58,306 nt of DNA from an uncultured Nitrospinaceae bacterium (lineage in GTDB: Bacteria > UBA8248). The notes under the pieces are model-generated. The model did not search any database. It saw nothing but the letters and a program-made list of their open reading frames with translations, and was not told where the DNA came from. Both the position numbers and the translations under genes were made by a program. How positions within the stretch are numbered: the first letter of the stretch is position 1; the number at the start of each line of letters is the position of its first letter. Positions 1 through 12,901 of the stretch are shown here, one piece after another. The DNA lies in the NCBI GenBank assembly GCA_964558115.1, contig CAZLCI010000003.1, positions 1 to 58,306 on the forward strand, read 5' to 3'.

Positions 1-5
1 AAACA

Positions 6-1202
6 ATGCAAAACGAAAAACTGTACCCGAGATTTTCAGATACCGAATACAAAAGAAGATACAGAGAAATAAGAAAACATATGAAGAAAAAAGGATTAAG
101 TGCGCTTATTTTTTATGGTGACTCAGGAATGGCGGGCGGAAACCAAGCAAATATCAAATATGTAACAAATTACAAAGATCCTGTTAGTAGTTTTCTCTTT
201 TTTCCCATTAAAGGAAGCGCTAATCTTTTTATTTCAAACAGGCTATATCTTCCATATGCCAAAACAGCTAGTAATATACCAAATCGAACCAATGCCGTAG
301 ATTACGAACCTGGCAAAAGGCTCTCTGAAAAAATCAATCAACTTGGACTTGAAAAATCAAAAATTGGGTTAGTCGGTTTTCGAGGTATTCTAAAAGTTTC
401 TATGCCATACAGTGTCATTGATGAACTAAGAACAAACTTTAAAAAAGCCTCTTTTGATGATGCAACCGATATTCTTACACAAGTTAGATTACTCAAAAGT
501 GAAGAAGAAATGAGGTGGTTTCGAAAAGGCGCAGAATTAACGGATATGGCATTTTATGCATTAGAAAAAAAATCAAAAATTGGTATGTCCGAGTTTGAAT
601 TGGCATCAATTATAACTAGCTCTTACATGCCTAAAGGTGGCGGTGCACAACTAGTTTTTATAGGTTCTACTTCCATGAAAAAACCAGAACTCATTTTTCC
701 AAATCAATTTCCATCTCACAGAAAAATAAAAAGAGGGGATATAGTCCTCACTGAATTATCTGCTGATTATGAAATGTATTCTGGTCAAGCCCACAGACCC
801 ATCTCCGTGGGAAAGAAACCAGAACCTATTTATCAAGAACTTTTTGATGTGGGCGTCAAAACATACAATAATATCCTTAAAGCATTGAAACCAGGCGCAA
901 CAGAACGAGATATAATCCAAGCAGGATCCGTTTTGACTGATAGTGGATTTACAACTTTTGACACCACATTCCACGGTTGGGGTTTACTGATAGAAGACCC
1001 AAGAATTGATCTTTCCGGTTCTTTAATTACCAGACCTCAAAATAAAATTGTCTTTAAAAAAGGAATGTTAATGGTAATTCAACCTAACGTGGTAACTCCT
1101 GACAGCAAATATGGGTTGCAAGTAGGAAATCTTGTAGAGGTAACAGAAAAAGGTGCTAGATCTCTTCAAAAATTCCCTATGAAATTTATGAAAATTAGAT
1201 AA
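6..1202 (+). CDS. M24-family metallopeptidase (Xaa-Pro aminopeptidase/creatinase-like)
   Basis: 398-aa ORF starting at an ATG. It has a creatinase/prolidase-type N-domain followed by a pita-bread-fold segment (RGDIVLTELSADY, QAHRP, FHGWGL, MLMVIQPN). Confidence 0.7.
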   Translation: MQNEKLYPRFSDTEYKRRYREIRKHMKKKGLSALIFYGDSGMAGGNQANIKYVTNYKDPVSSFLFFPIKGSANLFISNRLYLPYAKTASNIPNRTNAVDYEPGKRLSEKINQLGLEKSKIGLVGFRGILKVSMPYSVIDELRTNFKKASFDDATDILTQVRLLKSEEEMRWFRKGAELTDMAFYALEKKSKIGMSEFELASIITSSYMPKGGGAQLVFIGSTSMKKPELIFPNQFPSHRKIKRGDIVLTELSADYEMYSGQAHRPISVGKKPEPIYQELFDVGVKTYNNILKALKPGATERDIIQAGSVLTDSGFTTFDTTFHGWGLLIEDPRIDLSGSLITRPQNKIVFKKGMLMVIQPNVVTPDSKYGLQVGNLVEVTEKGARSLQKFPMKFMKIR

Positions 1203-1216
1203 AAAATGAAAAAATC

Positions 1217-1717
1217 TTATTTTTGAAAATGTCGATTAATTTTCTCTTTCAGCCCATCAGCAAAAGAAGATTTTAGATTAAGAAGTTTCTTATAATCCTG
1301 TATTGCTTTTTCTTTTTTTCCAAGCTTGGCATATGCTATAGCACGATACTCGAGTGCCTCTTCGTAATTTTCCTTAAGACTAAGTGCAATATCATAGGCC
1401 CTAATAGCTTCGGCAATTTTTCCAGATTGTCTTAAAGAATAACCAAGCATATTCAACGCCTTATGATCCTTTTGATCTTTTTGAATTGCTTGTCTGAAAC
1501 TTTTAATTGCATCTAACCAATTTCCTTTGGAAACAAAATCTCTTCCCTTCTGATAAAAATTTTCAGAAGTTTTATTTGTTTTTGGTGCAGGATCATCCGC
1601 AGAAAAAGTTATAAGAGGATTGAAAATAACGAAGAAAAACAAAAATGCTAATCGAAAAATAATCTGCAAGGTTATTACTTTTAACAAAGAAAAAACACGA
1701 GAAAACATAAGTTGCAC
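1217..1717 (-). CDS. TPR-repeat protein with an N-terminal hydrophobic signal or anchor
   Basis: 166-aa ORF with a hydrophobic N-terminus, followed by TPR-like repeats (WLDAIKSFRQAIQ, ALNMLGYSLRQSGKIAEAIRAYDIAL, EALEYRAIAYAKLGKKEKAIQDYKK). It lies 7 nt downstream of atpC on the same strand. Confidence 0.6.
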   Translation of the reverse strand: MQLMFSRVFSLLKVITLQIIFRLAFLFFFVIFNPLITFSADDPAPKTNKTSENFYQKGRDFVSKGNWLDAIKSFRQAIQKDQKDHKALNMLGYSLRQSGKIAEAIRAYDIALSLKENYEEALEYRAIAYAKLGKKEKAIQDYKKLLNLKSSFADGLKEKINRHFQK

Positions 1718-1724
1718 TCTATAA

Positions 1725-2144
1725 TTAATTTAAGCCACTTTCTCGCGCAACGGATATTCTTGTAGATGCACGTTTTAGGGCAAGCTCGGCTCGTTCAAAA
1801 TCAAAAACAGAATCATCCTCAGAAGACATTCGGGTTTTTGCTCTTTCTAGTGCTTTTTCAGCTCTTTCTATATCAACGTCTTCTGCACGTTCAGCAACTT
1901 CAGCTAAAACTGTAACTTTATTCATACCTACTTCAGCATACCCTTTTATAACAGAAACAAAATAACTTGCGCTGTTCATTCTATAAGTAAGCACACCTAC
2001 GCCAAGCTGACAAAGATATGTAGTATGATCTGGTAAAATTCCAAATTCTCCATAAAAACCAGGAGCAGTCACTTCGTCTACTTCTGCTGACATTAATTTC
2101 TTTTCAGGTGTAACAATATCTAACAGTATTTTTCCATTTACCAT
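1725..2144 (-). CDS. atpC: F1 ATP synthase epsilon subunit
   Basis: 139 aa at the last position of the atp operon. It has the typical epsilon N-terminal beta-sandwich (LDIVTPEKKL..AEVDEVTAPG..GEFGILPDH) and a C-terminal helical hairpin. Confidence 0.9.
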   Translation of the reverse strand: MVNGKILLDIVTPEKKLMSAEVDEVTAPGFYGEFGILPDHTTYLCQLGVGVLTYRMNSASYFVSVIKGYAEVGMNKVTVLAEVAERAEDVDIERAEKALERAKTRMSSEDDSVFDFERAELALKRASTRISVARESGLN

Positions 2145-2146
2145 TT

Positions 2147-3595
<1,449 letters not shown>

Positions 3596-3622
3596 TCAAT
3601 ATTTTTAATTTTTTTTAAAACT

Positions 3623-4507
3623 TTAACCTGCTAACGCATCTGCACCAGATACGACTTCAAGTAATTCTGTAGTAATAGATGCTTGTCGAACACGATTCAT
3701 CTGCAATGTAAGCGTTCCAATCATCTCTTCCGCATTTCTAGATGCATTATCCATCGCAATCATTCTAGAACCAAATTCACTTGCCTCTGCATCGAGAAGG
3801 GCACGATATACTTGCGCGTTAATATGTTTTGGCAAAATATCTATTAAGACCTCTTCTAAAGATGGTTCAAAAATATAATCAGAAACAACAGGCTCCCCCT
3901 CTTCATCTATTCCCTCTGGAACAGGTGAGGAAAGCGGTAATAAGCGTGTAATTGTAGGTTGTTGGCTTATCACTGATTTAAATTCCGTTGTCAAAAGATG
4001 TACTTCACCTATTTCATTATCTAAAAAACTTTGCACAAGTAGATCGCTAATAGTTTCAGCTAATGAAAAGTTTATTCGGCCGTAAACATCAGGAAATTCA
4101 TCTTTAAAAGTATAATTTCTTCTAGAAAAAAATTCTCGTCCTTTATTTCCAATTACCGTAATTAAAGTTTCTTTATTCTCTGCCTCACGTTCTTGAAGAA
4201 ACTGCATCCCTTCTCGTAGAAGATTCGTATTGTAACCACCACACAAACCTCTATCAGAAGTAATTACAATTAAAAGTACTTTTTGATCATCAGTATCACT
4301 CTTTAAAAGAGGATGTGCATCCTGATCTACGTGTAACGATAAAGAGTTCACAAGTTCAGATATTTTGTCACTATACGGCCTCGCATTTTCAATGCGTTCT
4401 TGACAACGTCTCACTTTAGAAGCGGCCACTAATTTCATAGCACGTGTTATTTGTTGTGTGTTTTTGACACTTCGTATTCGCTGTTTAAAATCTCTTGTAG
4501 AAGCCAT
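3623..4507 (-). CDS. atpG: F1 ATP synthase gamma subunit
   Basis: 294 aa. The N-terminus (IRSVKNTQQITRAMKLVAASK) and C-terminus (NRVRQASITTELLEVVSGA) are characteristic of gamma. Confidence 0.95.
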   Translation of the reverse strand: MASTRDFKQRIRSVKNTQQITRAMKLVAASKVRRCQERIENARPYSDKISELVNSLSLHVDQDAHPLLKSDTDDQKVLLIVITSDRGLCGGYNTNLLREGMQFLQEREAENKETLITVIGNKGREFFSRRNYTFKDEFPDVYGRINFSLAETISDLLVQSFLDNEIGEVHLLTTEFKSVISQQPTITRLLPLSSPVPEGIDEEGEPVVSDYIFEPSLEEVLIDILPKHINAQVYRALLDAEASEFGSRMIAMDNASRNAEEMIGTLTLQMNRVRQASITTELLEVVSGADALAG

Positions 4508-4516
4508 TAAAATTCC

Positions 4517-6055
<1,539 letters not shown>

Positions 6056-6095
6056 TTATTTTCCCCTCAATCCTTCATAAAAAATAATGTAATTT

Positions 6096-6638
6096 TTACT
6101 TATGTGTAAGCTCTTGACGAAGGTTCCTTAATTGATTTTTTAAACTTCCGTCCATGATAACACTACCCATCTTACAAGATACACCGCCAATCAATTCCTT
6201 GTCTGTTACTACATTTAAAAGAACTTCACACCCAGCAACTTCTGTTAGTTTTTCGTGGATCTTTTTTAAAACTTCTGGGTCGAGTTCTGTGGCCGAACTA
6301 AGCTCTGCTCTAACACGACCTATTTTCTCATCTGAAATTTCTTGGTATTTAGACGAAATCGCAGGAAACTCATTTATCCTGTCATTTTCAATTAAAACAC
6401 GAATAAAATTTTTAATTAAATCGCTAGCTCCTGAAGAATCTAAAACCTGACCTAACATTTCAAGCTGTTTTTCTTTCGCAAATTTCGGGTTTTTCAACAA
6501 AACCTGAAGTTCTTTACTGCCTTCAAAGGCACTTGAAAATACACTCAGTTCCTCTCCTACTGCATCAAGCGTATTTTGCCTTTCTGCTATATTAGCCAGA
6601 GCCCTTGCATAACGTCTAGCACTTTCTCCACCTACCAA
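6096..6638 (-). CDS. atpH: F1 ATP synthase delta (OSCP) subunit
   Basis: 180 aa lying between the b and alpha subunit genes. It has the OSCP-like pattern (ARRYARAL..., LIGGV...GS...DGSLKNQL). The apparent start is a TTG. Confidence 0.85.
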   Translation of the reverse strand: MVGGESARRYARALANIAERQNTLDAVGEELSVFSSAFEGSKELQVLLKNPKFAKEKQLEMLGQVLDSSGASDLIKNFIRVLIENDRINEFPAISSKYQEISDEKIGRVRAELSSATELDPEVLKKIHEKLTEVAGCEVLLNVVTDKELIGGVSCKMGSVIMDGSLKNQLRNLRQELTHK

Positions 6639-6640
6639 TT

Positions 6641-7390
6641 TTACCCCCTGCTAGTATTAGCAATATTATCTAAATATTGCTTCGAAAGACGTTCTTGATC
6701 TTCTTCTTTTAAATTCTTTTTTAAAATATCTTCCGCAATATCTACTGCAATTTTTGAAGCTTCTTCCTGAATCTCAGAAAGAGCTTTATTCATCTCCAAT
6801 TCTATAGCATTACTTGCTTGATCTAGAAGACGTTTTGCCTGTGTTTCTGAATCTTCTTCAAGTCTAGTTTTTATTTTTTCTAGTTCTTTTTCACCTTCTA
6901 AACGCACATTGTTAAGTTCTGCTTCTAAATCTGCTACTTTAGACCGTTGCACTTCTAATTGCTTCTCTGCTTCTACTCTTGCTTTTTCTGAATCTTCAAG
7001 CGCCTTACGTATTCCGTCTCTTCTCTCACGGAAAAAATTCTTTAAAGGTTTTGAAAGAAGCTTATAGAGTATTCCAACAACTATTAGAGTATTAACGATC
7101 TTAAAGATTTCTTCGTTAAGATTAAAAACTTTATGATGCGTATCGCTTGCCGCTTCTAAAAATCCAACAGAATAAAGTAAAAAGAAAAGGCCAACACTAA
7201 AAATATTCAACAACTTATATGCCATTTTTTTCAGATCTGTTTTTGCCTTTAAAGAATGATTTTCAATTTTTTCACGTGCGTTGACTATATCTATTTGAGG
7301 ATTTTCCTTAAACTCTTCCTCTTTGCACAAGAATTTATTCGTCATTTCTTGTTCGAAGGTAGATTGTTTTTGGTTTTCTTTTGTATTCAT
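6641..7390 (-). CDS. atpF: F0 ATP synthase b subunit (the N-terminal extent is uncertain)
   Basis: It has a TM helix followed by a long charged coiled-coil typical of b subunits. The 249-aa ORF carries a polar extension of about 55 aa. Met56 (coordinate 7225) is an alternative start. Confidence 0.75.
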   Translation of the reverse strand: MNTKENQKQSTFEQEMTNKFLCKEEEFKENPQIDIVNAREKIENHSLKAKTDLKKMAYKLLNIFSVGLFFLLYSVGFLEAASDTHHKVFNLNEEIFKIVNTLIVVGILYKLLSKPLKNFFRERRDGIRKALEDSEKARVEAEKQLEVQRSKVADLEAELNNVRLEGEKELEKIKTRLEEDSETQAKRLLDQASNAIELEMNKALSEIQEEASKIAVDIAEDILKKNLKEEDQERLSKQYLDNIANTSRG

Positions 7391-7401
7391 TTTTTTAAAT
7401 C

Positions 7402-7989
7402 CTAAGCTACATTTCTTCCGGCTAATCGATTTGCAATTTGGGAAGCAAGTCCGTTAGCCATTTCTTTTAATTCAGTCCGAGCTTTTGTCGCTTCTGCAGA
7501 AATTCTATCGCGTGCTTGAGATAAATCTTTCGAAGCATTTTCCTTGATCTCAGCCTGTTTTTTTAGTGATTCATTAGTAATTTGTTGTTGCAAGGACACT
7601 ATCCTTTCGTTGTTTTCTCTTCTTATTTCAGCAAGTGAGTCTTCATACTGTGTAATATATCCCATTGCCTCTTTTTGATCTCTTTCAGAAGATGAAAGAT
7701 TATTCTCAATTTCCGAATCTCTGGTCTGCATGTGTGTTCTAAGTGGTTTGATAAGAATTATATTTAACAAAATCAAAAAAACTAGAAAATTTGCCCATTG
7801 AATCAAAATAATTATAGGATTTAAAACTAAAGCACCCTTGCCAATATTAAAACTTCTAATCCAATCCCTTCCTGCATTTGCTTCTCCTCCTGCAGCAAAA
7901 ACATCCGAGGCCAAAACTAGCAAAATAGATGAAATAAAAAGAAGTAAAAATAGCCTAAAAAAACAACGAGGAAAGAACATAGATTTCAT
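7402..7989 (-). CDS. atpF2: F0 ATP synthase b-prime subunit
   Basis: 195 aa with a hydrophobic N-terminus, a TM segment (IIILIQWANFLVFLILLNIILIKPL) and a coiled-coil. It lies directly upstream of atpF. A GGGAG SD precedes the ATG. Confidence 0.7.
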   Translation of the reverse strand: MKSMFFPRCFFRLFLLLFISSILLVLASDVFAAGGEANAGRDWIRSFNIGKGALVLNPIIILIQWANFLVFLILLNIILIKPLRTHMQTRDSEIENNLSSSERDQKEAMGYITQYEDSLAEIRRENNERIVSLQQQITNESLKKQAEIKENASKDLSQARDRISAEATKARTELKEMANGLASQIANRLAGRNVA

Positions 7990-8263
7990 CTGTACTCCCT
8001 GAAAAACAAAAACAATGCCAACGAAAACATAATCAAAAATATAAGAAAAAAAACAAAAACTAACTATGGAAAAAAGCCAAACTAACTTTCCACATTAAAT
8101 AAGTCAAGCCCTTGTTAAAACGAAGATAAAAAAATTGGATAGTTGTATTTACCATGAAAAGAACAGAATGTTATATGATAGTTAAAATATGATTTTAAAT
8201 ATTAAAACACTTCCAGTTCGACTTGTACTTTAGTCTAAAAGTATTGCTTCTATGGAGGAAAAA

Positions 8264-9259
8264 ATGAAATTTGTTACCTATGAAATAGATTCCAAAATAT
8301 CGAGAATTTCTCGTATTGGTCTACTTGCTAATTTAAATGAAACTGAGGTTGTATTAGATCTTAATTTATCTTTTGCTTCTCTATTAAAGGAAAAAGGTAA
8401 CGAACCAAGATATCTTGAGTATGCTAATTTTCGGATTCCACAAACAATGTGTAATTTCATCGCTGGAGGAGATCCTTCGCTTGAAGCAGCAAAAGAAGCT
8501 CTTGATTACATAAGAGTTATTGGGACAAAAGGTAAAGGGCCAAATGGGGAACAAATAATTTGGCCATTAGAAGAAATTCATATATGTGCACCTGTTCCAG
8601 AACCCGTAAGTTTTAGAGATTTTTTAATACATGAAGGCCATAAATCTGCTGGAGCAAAAAGAAGAAATACTACAATAGATCCTATTTGGTACGAATTGCC
8701 ATCTTGTTATAAAGGAAATAGGCTTTCTATAATCGGTCCAGAAGAGAACTTAAAGTGGCCAAATTACACTCGCAAACTTGATTATGAGCTTGAACTTGGA
8801 ATGTTTATTGGTAAAAAAGGTAAGGATATAAAAGAAACTGAGGCCATGGATCATGTTTTCGGATTCACTGTTTTAAACGATTTTAGTGCAAGAGATATTC
8901 AAATAAACGAAATGAAAAATTGGCTTGGTCCACATAAAGGGAAAGATTTTGGTACTGCAATTGGTCCATGTATTGTAACTAAGGATGAATTTAACCCAAA
9001 AGATGCAATTATGATCGCTAGAGTTAACAGCGAAGAATGGAGTCGAGGAAACTCAGGAGACGCTTTTTACAGTTGGGAAAAAATGATCGAATATGCATCA
9101 ATGGAAGAACAACTTATTCCTGGAGAAATGTTTGGTTCTGGAACGGTAGCAACTGGATGTGGCGCAGATTTAGATAGGTGGATACAACCTGGGGACGTTA
9201 TTGAACTAGAAATTGAAGGAATCGGTATTCTTAAAAATACAATTGTGAAAGAAAATTAA
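8264..9259 (+). CDS. Fumarylacetoacetate hydrolase (FAH) family protein
   Basis: It carries FAH-family blocks (LDYELELGMFIGKKGKDI, GFTVLNDFSARDIQ, PGDVIELEIEGIG). The ORF opens at 8252. The ATG at 8264 has a GGAGG SD about 5 nt upstream and is the preferred start. Confidence 0.8.
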   Translation: MKFVTYEIDSKISRISRIGLLANLNETEVVLDLNLSFASLLKEKGNEPRYLEYANFRIPQTMCNFIAGGDPSLEAAKEALDYIRVIGTKGKGPNGEQIIWPLEEIHICAPVPEPVSFRDFLIHEGHKSAGAKRRNTTIDPIWYELPSCYKGNRLSIIGPEENLKWPNYTRKLDYELELGMFIGKKGKDIKETEAMDHVFGFTVLNDFSARDIQINEMKNWLGPHKGKDFGTAIGPCIVTKDEFNPKDAIMIARVNSEEWSRGNSGDAFYSWEKMIEYASMEEQLIPGEMFGSGTVATGCGADLDRWIQPGDVIELEIEGIGILKNTIVKEN

Positions 9260-9303
9260 GAATATTTTTTAAAACATAAGCTTATACAAAAGAAAGGTAG
9301 AAT

Positions 9304-10080
9304 ATGCAGTTTGAAAATCTTAAATATGAAACTTCCGAAAAAATCGCCATAATTACAATTAACAAACCAGAAAAACACAACGCAATTTCCCTAAAAACTT
9401 TAGATGAATTCCATGAAGTTTTGGAAATTAGTGAAAAGGACGATTCTCTTAGAGTGATTATTATTACTGGAGCGGGCGGAAGAGCTTTTGCTTCTGGCTC
9501 CGATCTCGGGGAAGTGAAAGATCGGGATTTAAAAAAAGCTCTTGAACCATTAGTTCAAGGTGTAGCTGCAAGACTTGAAAAAATGAGCAAACCATCAATA
9601 GCAGCAATAGATGGTTTTTGTATGGGCGGTGGTTTAGAAGTTGCTTTAGGTTGCGATCTGAGAATTGCAACACCTTCATCAAAGTTTGCAACACCTGAAG
9701 GTAAAATAGGTATTATTCCCGGTGGTGGTGCTACTCAAAGACTCCCAAGACTTATAGGTAGGGGTTGGGCAATGGAAATGCTTTTAATGGGAGAAACCAT
9801 AGACGCAAAAAAAGCTTTAGAAATTGGCCTGATAACTAGGTTAGTCGAATCAGACAACTTAATGGAAACTGTTATATCAATGGGCGAGAAAATAGCTTCT
9901 TATGCTCCTTTAGTTCCGCAATTCATGAAAGCTATGATTCATTCTGGAATGGAAGGAAGCTTGGCTTCTGGACTGGCATTAGAAAAGTTTGCACAAGGCG
10001 CACTTTGTGAAACCGAGGACAAAGAAGAGGGCTTGAATGCTTTTCTAGAAAAAAGAACCCCTATATGGAAAGGTAAATAA
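9304..10080 (+). CDS. Enoyl-CoA hydratase/isomerase (crotonase) family protein
   Basis: 258 aa with a crotonase fold signature (ITGAGGRAFASGSDL, IAAIDGFCMGGGLEVALGCDLRIA, EGLNAFLEKRTP). Confidence 0.85.
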   Translation: MQFENLKYETSEKIAIITINKPEKHNAISLKTLDEFHEVLEISEKDDSLRVIIITGAGGRAFASGSDLGEVKDRDLKKALEPLVQGVAARLEKMSKPSIAAIDGFCMGGGLEVALGCDLRIATPSSKFATPEGKIGIIPGGGATQRLPRLIGRGWAMEMLLMGETIDAKKALEIGLITRLVESDNLMETVISMGEKIASYAPLVPQFMKAMIHSGMEGSLASGLALEKFAQGALCETEDKEEGLNAFLEKRTPIWKGK

Positions 10081-10191
10081 AAATTTAGAAATAATTCTAA
10101 ATCTATGACTTGTATGCAAATTTTAATTTTGACAAAATATTCCCATTTTTAAGAGTCTTTGAATTATGAAATATAATTTTAGGAAAAAATT

Positions 10192-10635
10192 ATGACTTCC
10201 AATTCTTTTGTTTGTCCAGCCTGTGGACTAAACGAGGTTGTTTTAGAAAATGAAGAAGATATTGAACAATTACCGTACGTCAAGCTCGCTACTTATTGTG
10301 GCTGTGATCAGTCAAAAAATGGTTCATATATATTTGGTGATGGACATACCCAAGGATTTGGTGGAATTATTTCAGATTTTACAAATGAAGGCGAATCTAG
10401 AAAAAGATTTATCCCTCCTAGAGGCATTGTTTCTTACCATTTTTTAAAAGCAACTAAAAGAATAGGTCACGCAGAACCTAATAATGGCTTTTATAATCAA
10501 CCACTTTTTCGAAATTTAGTACAAATAGAAGGGAATGAAAATGTTTTCGTCTCAGTAACCTTCTTGCCTCACGGAGAAAAAATGAATCCTGAAATGAGAA
10601 AATTTGGTGAACAACTCGCAAAAAAAACAATTTAA
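10192..10635 (+). CDS. Hypothetical Cys-containing protein (N-terminal CPAC...CGC, possible zinc ribbon)
   Basis: 147-aa ORF with an ATG start. I recognised no family. The coding call rests on ORF length and position only. Confidence 0.4.
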   Translation: MTSNSFVCPACGLNEVVLENEEDIEQLPYVKLATYCGCDQSKNGSYIFGDGHTQGFGGIISDFTNEGESRKRFIPPRGIVSYHFLKATKRIGHAEPNNGFYNQPLFRNLVQIEGNENVFVSVTFLPHGEKMNPEMRKFGEQLAKKTI

Positions 10636-10639
10636 TGAA

Positions 10640-11668
10640 TCAGTCCAGTGTTTTTTTGATCTGATCTGAAAGTGCAGACAAAATTTTTTCTTCCGCTTTT
10701 TCTATAGGACCTCTCATACGAACTCCAGACGCAAAAGCATGTCCTCCACCACCAAACTTCATCGCAACTTCATGTATTTCTACTTTCCCTTTTGATCTTA
10801 AACTCACACGAATTTTTCCGTTTTCAAGTTCTGAGCAAAAAACAACTACCTCGATACTATCTATCCCTCTTGGTATAGATATAAACTCATCCGTTTCTTC
10901 TTTTTTTACTCCAAATTCTTTCAAATCTTTTTGAGTAAGTCTAAAAGAAGCGAGGCGATCGTTGCATAAAATTTTCAATTCGCTCATCAGCTTTGCAAGT
11001 AATTTCACGGAACCTATCCCGTTAGACTCCCAAAAAATACTATATGCCTCACCAGGATTAACACCTAACTCAACAAATCGTTTTCCCCAATTTAAAGTTT
11101 TTGATGTCGTATTTGTAAAACGAAATTGACCTGTATCATATACAATTGCCGCATATAATAATCTAGCTAATTTTAAATTTCTAAAATCATATTTTTCTTC
11201 TTCAAGAAAATCCGATAAAAGTTCTCCTACAGACGACGCATTCTCGTCAACTAATTTTGGGCAATCCGGATCGTCATCTTCTCGAATATGATGATCCATA
11301 ATAGCAATAGGCAGAGAACTAGATAAAATCGGAGATTCTAGTTTCCCTAAACGAGATAATTTTCCAGCATCTAAAATAAGAACCGAATCAAAATCATTTT
11401 TCCATTCATTTTGTGTTAACAATTTGTCGCTAGATAAAATAATTTCTTCTACATTAAAAAATGACACAAAATCAGGAACTTCGTCCTCTGTAACAACGAT
11501 AGCATTACGACCTTTTTCTTTTAAATAAAGAGATAATGCGAGACAGGAAAGAAGTCCATCACCATCTGGCCCCATATGAGTAACTATTAAAAATCGATGA
11601 TGATTTTGTATAAACTCTCTGAACTCAGAAAATCCGTCAGATCTAGATTGGCTTGAATGATTAGACAT
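10640..11668 (-). CDS. DHH/DHHA1 phosphoesterase (NrnA-like oligoribonuclease/pAp phosphatase)
   Basis: 342 aa with DHH-family motifs (HMGPDGDGLLS, DHH at IAIMDHHI) and the C-terminal DHHA1 motif GGGGHAFASG. Confidence 0.8.
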   Translation of the reverse strand: MSNHSSQSRSDGFSEFREFIQNHHRFLIVTHMGPDGDGLLSCLALSLYLKEKGRNAIVVTEDEVPDFVSFFNVEEIILSSDKLLTQNEWKNDFDSVLILDAGKLSRLGKLESPILSSSLPIAIMDHHIREDDDPDCPKLVDENASSVGELLSDFLEEEKYDFRNLKLARLLYAAIVYDTGQFRFTNTTSKTLNWGKRFVELGVNPGEAYSIFWESNGIGSVKLLAKLMSELKILCNDRLASFRLTQKDLKEFGVKKEETDEFISIPRGIDSIEVVVFCSELENGKIRVSLRSKGKVEIHEVAMKFGGGGHAFASGVRMRGPIEKAEEKILSALSDQIKKTLD

Positions 11669-12901
11669 CTATTTTAGGTCAAGAGTAAAGCGATCAATTT
11701 GTAAAAACACATAATTTTGAATTTCTTTCGCACTAGGCAAAGGTTTTACCTTTTCCCCGTTTTCCATAACACTTGCAAGATGTTGGGACATTTCTCCTCC
11801 ACAGAGATCACAGTCACCATAAGGCTTGTCGATAGGAATAATCTCCTCTGAGAAACAATCATTACACCTCAATAAATGTTTTCCACCAGAAAGTTTTCCT
11901 TTTTTTGCAACAGGCTTACCTTCTATCTCGATGATATCCATAGAATAATCAATCACAGGGGCAGAACTAATTGATGTTCCAATTCCAAAACCTCCATCAA
12001 CAAATTCACTTAATTTAAGAATCTCGGTTTCGTCTATCCCTCCACTAACAAACAACTTAACTTTTTCAAATCCGGCTTGATTCAACTCCCAGCGAACTTC
12101 TGTAAGAATATCAGATAAATTTCCACGTCTTGAACTTGGCGTATCAATACGTATAGCATCCAATCTATCATGCAAACAATTTGCAGCCTCTAAAGCTTCA
12201 AATTTTTCATCGCCAAAAGTATCTACAATTGCCACCCTAGGGACATCTTTTTCGATTATTTCATCAAACGCTTTTAAAGCTGAAGTTAGACTACCCATTA
12301 TAATAACCAGGGAATGAGGAATTGTTCCAACAGGAGGAATTTGAAGAACTTCTGCACCCTTAATAAGCGCAACTCCATCACAACCTCCTATATAAGAGGA
12401 GCGTTCGATCATAGGTGAAATTGCTGGATGCATCCTCCTTGCACCAAAGCTGAGAAGTTTTAGATTTCCCGCGGCAATTCTACATCGTGCAGATTTTGTT
12501 GCTATTCCACTTGATTGACACATAAGACCAAGGACAGCAGTTTCTAAAATATCAAAATCATTATAAAAACCTTCAATTTCCATAACAGGTTGAAAAGGTT
12601 TAAAAACTGACCCTTCAGGAACAGAACGTATGCTAACAGGCAGACCTTCAAATAAATTTAGAATTTCTTCAAGACCTGTAAAAACTCCCCATCCAGAAGG
12701 TAAATTTTTTGCGGTAAATTCTGCTCGGACTCTTTTTTTTATTTTTTTTGTTTCCATTATACGGTGAGTTCGTTCAAAATACGCATCCGTAACTTTTCCA
12801 GATCGTATATCTTCATAATTTGCAGTAAATAATTTATGTCGAGGGGAAGTCAGGTTGTTATCCTTCAGGATTTTCAGTAGGTTCGCTTTTTGTTTTCGCA
12901 A
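11669..12901 (-). CDS. Nicotinate phosphoribosyltransferase (archaeal/short type) with a C-terminal zinc ribbon
   Basis: 410 aa with NAPRTase-like blocks (SGKVTDAYFERT, FGARRMHP, IPHSLVI, IRIDTPSSRRG, VSGGID) and a C-terminal CNDC...CDLCGG. The 5' end overlaps the upstream gene by 44 nt, so the start is uncertain. Confidence 0.75.
   Translation of the reverse strand: MRKQKANLLKILKDNNLTSPRHKLFTANYEDIRSGKVTDAYFERTHRIMETKKIKKRVRAEFTAKNLPSGWGVFTGLEEILNLFEGLPVSIRSVPEGSVFKPFQPVMEIEGFYNDFDILETAVLGLMCQSSGIATKSARCRIAAGNLKLLSFGARRMHPAISPMIERSSYIGGCDGVALIKGAEVLQIPPVGTIPHSLVIIMGSLTSALKAFDEIIEKDVPRVAIVDTFGDEKFEALEAANCLHDRLDAIRIDTPSSRRGNLSDILTEVRWELNQAGFEKVKLFVSGGIDETEILKLSEFVDGGFGIGTSISSAPVIDYSMDIIEIEGKPVAKKGKLSGGKHLLRCNDCFSEEIIPIDKPYGDCDLCGGEMSQHLASVMENGEKVKPLPSAKEIQNYVFLQIDRFTLDLK

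Noticed and set aside
10083-10100. An AT-rich inverted repeat (TTTAGAA-ATAA-TTCTAAA) after the enoyl-CoA hydratase gene, considered as an intrinsic terminator. A similar A/T hairpin lies after the HDAC-like gene near 23950-23975.
   Set aside because: The stems are purely A/T, short, and not followed by a clear U-tract. In this AT-rich genome such palindromes are expected by chance.
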